Assembly: GCA_034520965.1 (NCBI GenBank)
Contig: JAXHMY010000003.1
Span: 544,001-608,000 of the forward strand
Reading direction: 5' to 3'
Source of the DNA: Spirochaetia bacterium
GTDB lineage: Bacteria; Spirochaetota; Spirochaetia; DSM-16054; Sediminispirochaetaceae
DNA length: 64,000 nucleotides
The notes beneath the pieces were generated by a model that did no database searches, was not told the DNA's origin, and was given only the letters and a program-made list of their open reading frames with translations. The translations under genes and the position numbers were made by a program. Shown piece after piece: positions 31,715 to 41,428 of the stretch. How positions within the stretch are numbered: the stretch's first letter is position 1; each line of letters begins with the position of its first letter.

Positions 31715-32881
31715 TTAATAAAAAAAATGGTCCAACACAAGGTCGGATGCCCCTACTCCGGCCAGAATGGGATCGTACTTACAAGGCAGCACCACACATT
31801 TTTCATCAGTCTGGGCGAATTCAGTCCACTTGAGCTGCAGCTGAATTTGTTCAGCCAGGTAATTGGAAAGCGCCTCCGAGCGGGTTACCAGCAAAAATGA
31901 GTCGGGACCAAACAGCTGAAACAGGCTGTATACCCCTTCGGAAAGAATCCGTGCTTTTTCATTGAGCACTCTTAACACGGTTGAGTTTTGGGAGCTAATT
32001 GCCTGGTCCAAATCGTCAATGTTAATCTCTACCCCTTCCTCTCGAATATCATGGATAAGAGACTCCTCCGATACATAGCTCTCCAGGCATCCGCGGTGGC
32101 CGCACTCACACTGTCTGCCGTTGATATCGATTGACATGTGCCCAATTTCCAGGGTGGTCTTGTTATTTGTCACAAAAATGTGCCCACCATTGATAAACGA
32201 ACCACCTACACCGCTTCGTATTAACACGGTAAGCAGGGTACGCTTTCCCTGGGCAACGCCATAACGGTATTCACTCAAGGCCACCACTGTAGCATTGTTG
32301 TGTACATATACCGGCAATCCGAAGGCCTCTTCTATCGGAGCTTTGATCGAAAAATTACTCATTCCGCTGATACGGCCGTAATGCACTACCGTGCCGGACT
32401 CAATATCCACACGTCCGGGTGCACCAATTCCAATTCCAATTAAGCGTTCAGGCTGTATACCCGATTGCTGCAGAGACTTCTCAATTAGCTCTTTTAAAAC
32501 AGTGACTACCTGCTGCGCATTTATAAAGTCGTGTAGTTCAGCCACCTCTTCGTACACCGGCTCGCCGCTAAAGTTTACAATCACTATGGAAGCTGATCTT
32601 ACCCAAAAATCTATTCCTATTACAAAACGTGCATCCGATTTGCAGCGGTAATATACAGGCCGGCGCCCCTTGCGCTCACTGGCTTCAACCTTTTTATCGA
32701 CCACCCCTATTAAACCGCCCTCCTCCAAGCTCGAGAAAATTCGAAAGACCGTGGGAGGCTTGAGACCGGTCAGGTGTACCACCTCGGACTGGCTAATACC
32801 GTCGCTCTTGTGTATAATCCTGAGTACCAGTTTTTCATTTTTCTCGCGGACGTCGTTTCCGCGCAGCGGTTCACCTATCAT
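31715..32881 (-). CDS. ROK family transcriptional repressor
   Basis: N-terminal HTH, GRRP and EIGH..CECGHRGCLE motifs. Confidence 0.92.
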   Translation of the reverse strand: MIGEPLRGNDVREKNEKLVLRIIHKSDGISQSEVVHLTGLKPPTVFRIFSSLEEGGLIGVVDKKVEASERKGRRPVYYRCKSDARFVIGIDFWVRSASIVIVNFSGEPVYEEVAELHDFINAQQVVTVLKELIEKSLQQSGIQPERLIGIGIGAPGRVDIESGTVVHYGRISGMSNFSIKAPIEEAFGLPVYVHNNATVVALSEYRYGVAQGKRTLLTVLIRSGVGGSFINGGHIFVTNNKTTLEIGHMSIDINGRQCECGHRGCLESYVSEESLIHDIREEGVEINIDDLDQAISSQNSTVLRVLNEKARILSEGVYSLFQLFGPDSFLLVTRSEALSNYLAEQIQLQLKWTEFAQTDEKCVVLPCKYDPILAGVGASDLVLDHFFY

Positions 32882-32977
32882 ATTCGTTTCTTTCCTTTAA
32901 AAAGTACCTCAAGGGCAATAGTACCAGAGGAACCATTCCCTGTACAGAGTTTTTTCAAATTTAGAATTACTGTCCTC

Positions 32978-33025
32978 TTGCATAATTTGCGGACCTGTTT
33001 TATATTTATTTTCAGGAAGTAAATA
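32978..33025 (+). promoter_or_regulatory. Promoter TTGCAT-17-TATATT with palindromic operator TATTTATTTTCAGGAAGTAAATA
   Basis: AT-rich 23-bp imperfect palindrome over -10/+1, typical of ROK repressors. Confidence 0.6.
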
Positions 33026-33054
33026 ATATATTCTCACGCATAAAGGAGTCAGCT

Positions 33055-33886
33055 ATGGATGAAAACACCTTGCAGGAGCTTAAAGATACCGCAAGGAGAA
33101 TCCGCACTCTCACGATCGACCAAATCGGTTATTTCGGCGTTGGTCACATCGGAGGAGCGTTGTCAATTGTGGAAGCATTGACGATTCTATATTACCGCCA
33201 TATGAACATCGATCCCAAAAATCCGGCCAAGCGCGATCGGGATCAATTTATTCTGTCAAAGGGTCATGCCGGTCCGGCCCTCTACAGCGTATTGGCCGAC
33301 AAGGGCTACTTTCCGATGGAGTGGCTGCACACTCTTAAACGTCGGCGGAACTCGCCTCCCGAGCCATGCCGACATGGTGCGCACCCCCGGAATCGACATG
33401 ACCGCCGGGTCCCTCGGTCAAGGCCTTTCCGCCGGAATTGGTAAGGCCCTTGGTCACCGCATAGACGGAATCGACAGCAAAATCTACGTTATTATCGGCG
33501 ATGGAGAAAGTAATGAAGGCCAGGTATGGGAAGCCGCTATGAGCGCCAGCCATTATAAATTGAATAACCTGATTGCCTTCACCGACTACAACAAAATGCA
33601 GATAGACGGCTATACCCAGGACATCATGGACCTGGACGACCTCAATGCAAAATGGGTCGGCTTCGGCTGGAACGTACTTCGGGTTGACGGGCACTGCTTT
33701 CCGGCCCTTAATCGGGCTATCCGTAAGGCAAAAGAGGAAAAATGTCGCCCCACAATGATCATTATGGATACCATCAAGGGCAAGGGGGCCTACTTTGCCG
33801 AAGGTAATCTGGGGAACCACAACATGCCCTTCGACTACGACACCGCCAAAGAGGCAATTACCCGTCTTGAAAAAGGAGCAGTGTAA
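33055..33886 (+). CDS. Transketolase N-terminal subunit (sulfofructose transketolase candidate), frameshift near 33338
   Basis: GHIGG, LSKGH, GSLGQG and TPP motif GDGESNEG..N. Confidence 0.9.
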
Positions 33887-34830
33887 TGGGAAAAGAAAAA
33901 GATATGCGCGCAACCTACAACGACACCCTAATCGATCTGGCATCAAAAGACGAGCGAATTGTGCTTATGGAAGCCGATCTGATGAATGCCAGCGGGACGG
34001 TGACTTTCAAAAATACCTACCCCGAACGATTTTTCGACATGGGCGTGGCGGAAGCTAATATGGCCGGAGTAGCTGCAGGACTCAGCTCGGTCGGAAAAAT
34101 TCCCTTTGCAGCCTCGTTTGCTCCCTTTGCCAGTCGCAAGACCTACGACCAGTTTTTCATCTCCGCAAACTATGCCCACCTGAATGTAAAAATGGTCGGC
34201 ACCGACCCCGGCATTACCGCACAGGTAAACGGAGGGACGCATATGTCCTTCGAAGACGGCGGTCTCATGCGCAACATTCCCGGTCTGGTGGTTTTCGAGC
34301 CCTGCGACAACGTGTCCCTGGAAAAACTGATCCGTAAAGCCGCTGAATACGAAGGCTGTACCTACATGCGCCTGCACCGCAAGGGCGGCAACATCATTTA
34401 CAAAGAAGACGAGGAGTTCGAACTCGGTAAGGGCGTTGTCCTGCGCGACGGCAGCGATGTCACCCTGGTAGCCACGGGCTTGGTGATGGTACAAGAGGCG
34501 CTGGATGCTGCGGATGAACTGAAAAAAGAGGGCATCTCGGCCGCAGTAATCGATATGCACACCATCAAACCGATCGACCGCGAACTGATCGTAAAATACG
34601 CCGAAAAGACCGGTGCTTTCGTGACCTGTGAAAATCATCAGGTAGTCAACTTTCTCGGTTCGGCGGTAGCTGAAGTGCTGGCGGAAGAACACCCCGCCCT
34701 AATGAAAAGGGTCGGCGTACAGGATGCCTTCGGCGAAGTGGGCAAACTCGACTATCTGAAAGAGCGCTATGGTTTGACCGCAGCCAACATCGCAGACAAC
34801 GCTCGGGCTGTACTCAAACAGAAAAAATAA
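33886..34830 (+). CDS. Transketolase C-terminal subunit
   Basis: GVAEANM, NGGTH and DMHTIKP motifs. Confidence 0.92.
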   Translation: MGKEKDMRATYNDTLIDLASKDERIVLMEADLMNASGTVTFKNTYPERFFDMGVAEANMAGVAAGLSSVGKIPFAASFAPFASRKTYDQFFISANYAHLNVKMVGTDPGITAQVNGGTHMSFEDGGLMRNIPGLVVFEPCDNVSLEKLIRKAAEYEGCTYMRLHRKGGNIIYKEDEEFELGKGVVLRDGSDVTLVATGLVMVQEALDAADELKKEGISAAVIDMHTIKPIDRELIVKYAEKTGAFVTCENHQVVNFLGSAVAEVLAEEHPALMKRVGVQDAFGEVGKLDYLKERYGLTAANIADNARAVLKQKK

Positions 34831-34845
34831 TAAGGAGAAGAAACT

Positions 34846-35319
34846 ATGAAACTGGCAATAGCATCGGATTTATCCGGATTTCCCCTGAAACAGGCGGTGG
34901 TTGCACATTTGAAGGACCGCGATGACATCGAAATTATCGATTTCGGCATTGAATCTGAAGATAAGCCGAAACCCTATGTCGAGCAGGCCCCCAAGGTAGC
35001 CAAAGCAATTCAGAAGGGCGAAGCCGATAAGGGAATCTTGATCTGCGGCACCGCACAGGGCATGGCCATTGTGGCCAACAAATTCAAAGGCATATATGCC
35101 GCCGTGGCCGACGGATTATTCTCCGCGGAGCGCGGAAAAATTATCAATAACGCCAATGTCATTACCATGGGCGGCTGGATAACAGCCCCCTTTCTCGGTA
35201 CCCAGATTGTCGACGCCTGGCTCTCGATGGCATTCACCCAGAAGATGGAGTTCAAAAAGGATTTTCTCACCAACGCCTTTCAACAGGTACAGGAAATAGA
35301 AAAAGAAAACTTCAAATAG
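34846..35319 (+). CDS. RpiB/LacA family isomerase (SqwI-like candidate)
   Basis: AIASD, LICGTAQGM..ANK and NNANV motifs. Confidence 0.88.
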   Translation: MKLAIASDLSGFPLKQAVVAHLKDRDDIEIIDFGIESEDKPKPYVEQAPKVAKAIQKGEADKGILICGTAQGMAIVANKFKGIYAAVADGLFSAERGKIINNANVITMGGWITAPFLGTQIVDAWLSMAFTQKMEFKKDFLTNAFQQVQEIEKENFK

Positions 35320-35331
35320 AATCACTACGGC

Positions 35332-35393
35332 AGGCCCAGGATGATCCGCGGCAGCTGCAAAGCTGTACGCGGACAATTCTGGGCCTGTTCTTT
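35332..35393 (+). terminator. Long hairpin after rpiB (terminator or processing stem)
   Basis: CAGGCCCAG..TCCGCG.CAGCT/AGCTG..CGCGGA..CTGGGCCTG followed by TTCTTTT. Confidence 0.55.
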
Positions 35394-35451
35394 TATATTT
35401 CAAGGGCCGGCCTTGAGCGGCCTCGCCTAATTAAAAGCAAAGGAGCAGAGT

Positions 35452-36909
35452 ATGGCAGTAAGCGAACAGGATGTACAAAATATTGCAAAACTGGTAGCCC
35501 GCGCACGCAAGGCCCAGGCTGTGGCCGACCGGTATACCCAGCAGCAAATTGACGATGCCTGTCTGGCCGTCGGCTGGGAGGTCTACGAGGACAACAATAT
35601 CAAAAAACTGGCCGAAGCAGCGGTCGCCGAAACCGGAATGGGCAATGTCGAGGATAAAATCAAAAAGCACAAGGGCAAGGTGTTGGGTGTTATCCGCGAT
35701 ATTAAAGGTGCTAAATCGGTTGGATTGATTGAAGAAGACAAAGAAAACAAGATCAAGAAATATGCGAAGCCGGTTGGAGTGGTCGGTGCCCTTACCCCTG
35801 TGACCAATCCCACTGCCACCCCCGCCAGTAACGGTGTTACCATCCTGAAGGGCCGCAATGCCGTCATCTTTGCTCCCCACCCTACGGCAAAAAAGTCCTC
35901 CAAGCTGGCGGTAGACTTTATGCGGGCCGGTTTGCGGAAGGTTGGTGCCCCCGAAGATCTGATCCAAATTATCGAGGAGCCCTCTATCGAATTGACCGGT
36001 GAGCTAATGCGGCAGGTGGACATGGTGATGGCCACCGGCGGCGGCCCGATGGTAAAGGCCGCCTACTCCAGCGGGACCCCCGCCTACGGAGTAGGCCCTG
36101 GTAATTCGGTCCAGATGATTGCCGAAGATGCCGACATCGCCGATGCCGCCCAAAAGGTTACTGTGAGTAAAATTTTCGATTACTCCACCAGCTGCTCCAG
36201 TGAAAACTCGGTCATTATTCAACAGAGTGTGTACGATCAGGCGGTTGAAGAGTTCAAGAAACAGGGAGGCTACCTCTGCTCTTCCGATGAAAAAGCCAAA
36301 CTGGTCGACTGGATGTGGCGGCCCAATAAAAAGGGAAAAATCGGCATTAATCCAAAGATTATTGCCCAGTCCGCAGAAAAAATCGCCGCCGATGCCGGCC
36401 TCAGCGTACCTAAAGGCACGGTCATGCTGATGGTCGAAGGCAGCCGGCCGGTGGAAGAAGACCTCTTTACCGGAGAAAAACTCTCCCCGGTACTCGCCCT
36501 GTGGAAATACGACAGCTACCGTGAAGGCTTGGACCTGCTGAAGGCTATTACCGACCACGCCGGCCGGGGCCACTCCTGCGGAATCCATACCTATAATCAG
36601 GAATACATCGAGCAGATGAGCCTGGAGATGCACACCAGCCGCATTATGGTCCGTCAGCCCCAGGCCCCGGCCAACGGCGGCAACTTTTTCAACGGCATGC
36701 CCTCCACCGTAACCCTCGGCTGCGGCACCTGGGGCGGCAACGTCACCACCGAAAACATCTACTACAAGCACTTCCTCAATATCACCTGGGTCTCCGAACC
36801 CTTTCCGCCCCAAAAGCCCAGCGACGAAGATATGTGGGGCGATTTCTGGACACGCCACGGCGGCCCCGACAGCAGCACACCTCAAGAAACTTCCGGCGGA
36901 GGAGCATAA
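35452..36909 (+). CDS. CoA-acylating aldehyde dehydrogenase, sulfoacetaldehyde dehydrogenase (SauS/SqwD)-like
   Basis: PVTNP, ATGG..MV.AAYSSGTPAYGVGPGN, CSSEN, EKLSP and TLGCGTWGGN motifs. Confidence 0.85.
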   Translation: MAVSEQDVQNIAKLVARARKAQAVADRYTQQQIDDACLAVGWEVYEDNNIKKLAEAAVAETGMGNVEDKIKKHKGKVLGVIRDIKGAKSVGLIEEDKENKIKKYAKPVGVVGALTPVTNPTATPASNGVTILKGRNAVIFAPHPTAKKSSKLAVDFMRAGLRKVGAPEDLIQIIEEPSIELTGELMRQVDMVMATGGGPMVKAAYSSGTPAYGVGPGNSVQMIAEDADIADAAQKVTVSKIFDYSTSCSSENSVIIQQSVYDQAVEEFKKQGGYLCSSDEKAKLVDWMWRPNKKGKIGINPKIIAQSAEKIAADAGLSVPKGTVMLMVEGSRPVEEDLFTGEKLSPVLALWKYDSYREGLDLLKAITDHAGRGHSCGIHTYNQEYIEQMSLEMHTSRIMVRQPQAPANGGNFFNGMPSTVTLGCGTWGGNVTTENIYYKHFLNITWVSEPFPPQKPSDEDMWGDFWTRHGGPDSSTPQETSGGGA

Positions 36910-36911
36910 GC

Positions 36912-38066
36912 ATGAAACTATTCGAATACCAGGCCAAAGAGGTGTTCAAAAACAGCGGCATCCCCGTACCCGACAGCCGCCTTGTCCATAACCGCAGCGA
37001 GGCGGCCGCCGCAGTGGATGCGGTGGGAACCCCCTGCGCCGTAAAGTCGCAGCTGCTGATGGGCGGCCGCGGCAAGGCCGGGCTCATTAAACTGGCCAAA
37101 AACAAAGACCAGGCCCTGCAGATAGCAGAGGAACTGTTCTCCCGCCCCGAGGGCGTGCAAAAACTCCTCATCGAAGAGGCGGTGGACATCGAAAAAGAGC
37201 TGTACCTCTCCATCACCCTCGATCCGGTGAAGGCCGAAGGGCTGGTGATCGCCTGTGCCGAAGGCGGGGTTGAAATAGAAACCCTGGCCAAGGAGCGGCC
37301 CGAAGCCATTGTCCGTAAAAACTTCGACCTGACCCGCGGTCTGCAGGCTTATCAGGCCAGGGCAGCGGTCTACGACATGGGGCTCAGCGGCGATGCGGCC
37401 AAACAGGCCGTTAAAATCCTGATGGGCCTGTACAAAGCCTTCACCACCTACGACGCCGAGCTCATCGAAATAAACCCGCTCTTTCTAACCAAGTCCGGGA
37501 TTATCAAGGACGGACCGAACAAAGAGGGGCAACTAATCGCCGGCGACGGTAAGCTATCGATCGACGACAACGCCGCCCACCGCCAGCAGGAGTACAGCAT
37601 TACCCGGGAGCACTTCTCCAGCGATATGGAGTACGAAGCAGCCATGGACGGAATTCCCTACCTGCAGTTCGACGGTGATATCAGCCTGATGTGTGCCGGT
37701 GCCGGTCTGACCACTACCGTCTACGACCTGATCAACTACGAAGGTGGCAGCGTGGCCAACTACCTGGAGTTCGGAGGGCCGAACTACCGCCGGGCCATGC
37801 GGGCCATGGAACTCTGCCTGCAGAACCCCTCCAAGGTCATTCTAATAGTCACCTTCGGCACCATCGCCCGGGCCGACGTAATGGCCGAGGGGGTGGTCGA
37901 GGCGATCAAGAAACTCAATCCGAACCGCCCCATCGTCACCTGCATTCGCGGAACTAACGAGGAAGATGCGGTGAAAATTCTAGAAGGCGCAGGATTAACA
38001 CCAATCTTCGACACGGAAGAGGCGGTCCGCACCGCCGTCAAAATCGCAAAAGGAGGGGCGGCATGA
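36912..38066 (+). CDS. Succinyl-CoA synthetase beta-like ADP-forming acyl-CoA ligase (SqwKL-type sulfoacetate-CoA ligase candidate)
   Basis: KLFEYQAK, GGRGKAG, EINPL, GAGL and ANYLEFGG motifs. Confidence 0.85.
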   Translation: MKLFEYQAKEVFKNSGIPVPDSRLVHNRSEAAAAVDAVGTPCAVKSQLLMGGRGKAGLIKLAKNKDQALQIAEELFSRPEGVQKLLIEEAVDIEKELYLSITLDPVKAEGLVIACAEGGVEIETLAKERPEAIVRKNFDLTRGLQAYQARAAVYDMGLSGDAAKQAVKILMGLYKAFTTYDAELIEINPLFLTKSGIIKDGPNKEGQLIAGDGKLSIDDNAAHRQQEYSITREHFSSDMEYEAAMDGIPYLQFDGDISLMCAGAGLTTTVYDLINYEGGSVANYLEFGGPNYRRAMRAMELCLQNPSKVILIVTFGTIARADVMAEGVVEAIKKLNPNRPIVTCIRGTNEEDAVKILEGAGLTPIFDTEEAVRTAVKIAKGGAA

Positions 38067-39001
38067 GCATATTTATCGACGAACAGACCCGCGTACTCAT
38101 CCAGGGTATCACCGGTAAAGAGGGTGCCTACTGGACTAAGCACATGCAGGAGATGGGCACCACCATCGTGGCCGGAGTTACCCCCGGTAAGGAAGGCCAG
38201 CAGGTAGACGGAATCCCGGTGTATCACAGCGTAGAACGGGCAACCCGAAACCATCAGCTGGATGCGGCCATGCTCTTTGTCCCGCCCCGCTTTACCAAAG
38301 ATGCCGTCTTCGAGGCCCTGGAAGGGGGAATTAAAAAAATCGTGACCGTCGCCGACGGAATCCCCGTGCACGATGCGGTGCAGATCCGCAAAGCCGCCCT
38401 TGAGGCGGGAGCCCTGGTAGTCGGGGGAAACACATCCGGGGTAATCTCGCCGGGAAAAGCGATGATGGGCTTTTTCCCCTACTGGATCAAACGGGTCTAT
38501 ACCCCCGGCCGCATCGGCGTGATGACCCGCAGCGGATCCCTTACCAACGAGGTAACCTCCATGGTGGTTGAAGCCGGATTCGGTGTTTCGACCCTCATTG
38601 GCGTCGGCGGCGACCCGGTCCCGGGAACCCGCTTTGCCGAAATGCTGCCTGCCTATCAACAGGACCCCGAAACCGACGCGGTAGTAATCATCGGCGAACT
38701 GGGGGGCACCATGGAAGAGGAAGTGGCCGCCGCCTTAGCCAACGACTCCTTTACGAAACCCCTGGTCGCCTTCCTGGGCGGACGCACCGCCCCAGCCGGG
38801 AAAAAAATGGGCCACGCCGGGGCCATCGTCACCGGCGGCACCGGCTCGGTAGAAGACAAAGTGGCCGCCCTGGAAAAGGCCGGCGCCTCGGTAGCCGCCC
38901 GCCCACGCCAGGTTGGCCAGCTGCTGCGCCAAGCCCTTGAAGAAACTAAAAAATCTAAAGGAACCGGTGAGGGCGATGAGCGCAAGGGAGCTGCAAAATG
39001 A
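38063..39001 (+). CDS. Succinyl-CoA synthetase alpha-like subunit
   Basis: QGITG, GVTPGK, RSGSL and phospho-His motif MGHAGA. Confidence 0.88.
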   Translation: MSIFIDEQTRVLIQGITGKEGAYWTKHMQEMGTTIVAGVTPGKEGQQVDGIPVYHSVERATRNHQLDAAMLFVPPRFTKDAVFEALEGGIKKIVTVADGIPVHDAVQIRKAALEAGALVVGGNTSGVISPGKAMMGFFPYWIKRVYTPGRIGVMTRSGSLTNEVTSMVVEAGFGVSTLIGVGGDPVPGTRFAEMLPAYQQDPETDAVVIIGELGGTMEEEVAAALANDSFTKPLVAFLGGRTAPAGKKMGHAGAIVTGGTGSVEDKVAALEKAGASVAARPRQVGQLLRQALEETKKSKGTGEGDERKGAAK

Positions 39002-40602
39002 GCGGCCCAAATCAGAACGGCCAAAAGGGCCCAAACCAAAGCAAATCCGCCGGCCCCCAAAACACTACCAACGGCCAGCCCCCACAATCGGCCGCCGGCG
39101 GCAACAGTCAAAACACAGCCGGCCCGGGCGGCCCAAAACCCAAACCCCTCGGCTCCGGCTCCTCCCCCACAATGCGCCTGGTCTACCTGGTCCTGGCCTT
39201 TGCCGCCGCCGGGCTCTTCGCCCTCTTCCCGCTGCCCGAGGCCACCCGCACCGTCGGCGAGGCCACCCTCAGCCCCGCCGGGCAAACCGCCATGGGCATC
39301 CTGCTCTTCGCCCTCATCCTCTGGATGACCGAAGCAGTTCCCTTCCACATTACCGGACTGCTCAGCATCTTCATGCTGAGCCTGCTGCAGGTGGGCAGCT
39401 TCAAGGACATTGTATCAATCGGTTTCGGCAACCACATCATCGTCTTTTTTATCGGGGTACTGACCCTCAGCTCCTTTATCACCCACTCGGGGCTCGGCAA
39501 CCGTATCTCCGTCTATCTGCTGTCTAAAACCGGCAACCGCACCAGCATAATCATTCTGGGCTTTCTGGTAGTCGGTGCCCTGCTCTCTATGTGGATCACC
39601 AACACCGCCGTAGCGGCCATGCTGATGCCCCTGGGCGTCTCCATCCTCAAGGAGGAGGGGGTCATCCCGCTCAAGAGCAACTTCGGCAAGGCCCTGATGA
39701 TCGCCGCCGCCTGGGGCCCCATCATCGGCGGCATCACCGCCCCCTCCGGGGCCGGTCCAAACCCGTTAGCCATCGGCTTTCTCAAGGAAATGGCCGGGGT
39801 CGACCTCAGCTTCGCCGGCTGGATGATGTACGGAGTGCCCGCGGGCTTCCTCCTGCTGCTGCCCACCTGGGGCATCATCCTGCTCTTCTTCAAACCGGAA
39901 ATGACGCACCTCAAAAAAACCAAAGACGAACTCCGCGCCGAGTACTCCGAACTGCCCAGGATGGGCCGGGAAGAAAAGGTCACCCTGGTCATCTTTCTGC
40001 TGACCGTCTTCCTGTGGCTCACCACCCCCCTCTTTGAAAACTGGCTCGGCATCGCCATCCCCATCTCTATGCCGGTCATCTTCACCGCCTCGCTCTTTTT
40101 CTTCCCCAAGGTCAGCACCATCAAGTGGAGCGAAGTAGAAAAAGAGATCTCCTGGAGCAGCATTCTGCTCATCGTCAGCGGAATCTCAATCGGCATGATG
40201 CTCTACCAAACCGGCGCCGCCGAATGGCTGGCGGTGGTCTTCCTGGGAGGCATCGGCGGCATCCACCCCTTTATGCAGGTCTTCCTGGTGGTCCTGATCA
40301 TCTCCTTCCTCAAAATCGGCTTCTCCAGCAACACCGTCACCGCCACCATCATCATCCCCATCATGATCACCCTCGCCCAGAGCCTCGGCATCGACGCCCT
40401 CAGCATCTCCATGCCCGCGGCCCTCACCACCAGCATGGCCTTCATCCTGGTCACCAGCACCCCCACCAACGTCATCCCCTACTCCGCCGGCTACTTCTCC
40501 ATCAAGGACATGGCCGTGGCCGGAGTCTTCATGACCATCATCGCCAGCATCATCGTCTCGGGCTCCATCTTTGTAATCGGCAGCTTCACCGGTCTGTATT
40601 AA
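38998..40602 (+). CDS. DASS/SLC13 anion transporter (candidate sulfoacetate exporter)
   Basis: WMTEAVP, SMWITNT, SNT and TPTN motifs; many TM helices; low-complexity N-terminus. Confidence 0.88.
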   Translation: MSGPNQNGQKGPNQSKSAGPQNTTNGQPPQSAAGGNSQNTAGPGGPKPKPLGSGSSPTMRLVYLVLAFAAAGLFALFPLPEATRTVGEATLSPAGQTAMGILLFALILWMTEAVPFHITGLLSIFMLSLLQVGSFKDIVSIGFGNHIIVFFIGVLTLSSFITHSGLGNRISVYLLSKTGNRTSIIILGFLVVGALLSMWITNTAVAAMLMPLGVSILKEEGVIPLKSNFGKALMIAAAWGPIIGGITAPSGAGPNPLAIGFLKEMAGVDLSFAGWMMYGVPAGFLLLLPTWGIILLFFKPEMTHLKKTKDELRAEYSELPRMGREEKVTLVIFLLTVFLWLTTPLFENWLGIAIPISMPVIFTASLFFFPKVSTIKWSEVEKEISWSSILLIVSGISIGMMLYQTGAAEWLAVVFLGGIGGIHPFMQVFLVVLIISFLKIGFSSNTVTATIIIPIMITLAQSLGIDALSISMPAALTTSMAFILVTSTPTNVIPYSAGYFSIKDMAVAGVFMTIIASIIVSGSIFVIGSFTGLY

Positions 40603-40605
40603 TTC

Positions 40606-40730
40606 CGGCCGCGCCCCGCCCCTGGCCGCTCAAGGCGGCCGGGCCGGGGCCGCGCTTTCCGCTCCAACGCTTCGCCCGCCCCGGCATCCGCCGGCGCGGG
40701 CTGCAGGGTTTCCGCTGCAATCGCTCGCGG
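40606..40730. repeat. GC-rich palindromic REP-like segment
   Basis: Nested GC hairpins and direct repeat TTTCCGCT(C/G)CAA at 40656 and 40709. Confidence 0.45.
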
Positions 40731-40831
40731 ATAGCATCAGCAGTGCTGCACGTACACCATGAACCGCTTCCCATACAATTAATGTAAATTTTTATTTGAA
40801 TTTTTGTATAAAAAAACATATAACTTCTATT

Positions 40832-41068
40832 ATGAAAAACCTGCAGATCGGTCTGGACGACAAAGTTGTCTCCTTTCTTGACCACATTGCCTCGGATCAG
40901 CACAAAACCCGTTCCGCCGTCATCCGCGATGCAATATACCACTGGATCAAACAGAGCGCCGCCGAGCGTTTCGAATCGGATTGGATTGCAGCGTTAAAAT
41001 CGGATACAACGGAATACTCCGACGACACCGAACTCTGGATGGCCGCCGAAGCCTGGGACGAAGAATGA
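40832..41068 (+). CDS. Ribbon-helix-helix antitoxin
   Basis: TRSAVIRDAI RHH pattern, acidic C-terminus, ATGA overlap with the toxin. Confidence 0.8.
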   Translation: MKNLQIGLDDKVVSFLDHIASDQHKTRSAVIRDAIYHWIKQSAAERFESDWIAALKSDTTEYSDDTELWMAAEAWDEE

Positions 41069-41388
41069 GAAAAATGAACCGCGACGACATCTGGTATGTC
41101 GATCTCGGCGGCCATGCAGGAAGGCGTCCGGTAGTAATTCTTACCCGGCAGGCGGTACTGCAGCACCTGAACAAGGTTACCGTGGCCGAAGTCTCCACCC
41201 GGGACAAGGGGTATCCCACAGAGGTTTTTATTGGTGATATGGCTAATCTTCCCTCACCCTCCTTCGTACAGGCGGACAACCTACACACCGTACCAAAACA
41301 GCGGCTGGTAAAATACTCCGGCACCCTGGACGAGGCAACCATGAGGAAGACCTCGCGAAAAGTTGTCTTGGCGTTGGGGCTTGAATAA
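41065..41388 (+). CDS. mazF: PemK/MazF family toxin
   Basis: RDDIWYVDL..RRPVVIL, PSFVQADNLHTV and ALGL motifs. Confidence 0.88.
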   Translation: MRKMNRDDIWYVDLGGHAGRRPVVILTRQAVLQHLNKVTVAEVSTRDKGYPTEVFIGDMANLPSPSFVQADNLHTVPKQRLVKYSGTLDEATMRKTSRKVVLALGLE

Positions 41389-41428
41389 TAAAACCACATC
41401 TGCCGATTGACTGCGGGGATGAACCAGT

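Noticed and set aside
36912..39001. Canonical TCA-cycle sucCD
   Set aside because: Context with an acylating ALDH and SQ genes, plus divergent motifs, favours a sulfoacetate-CoA ligase
33335..40787. Long antisense and alternate-frame ORFs (e.g. 33943-34692, 36004-36885, 37784-38659, 40125-40787)
   Set aside because: Shadow ORFs caused by GC3 codon bias of the real genes
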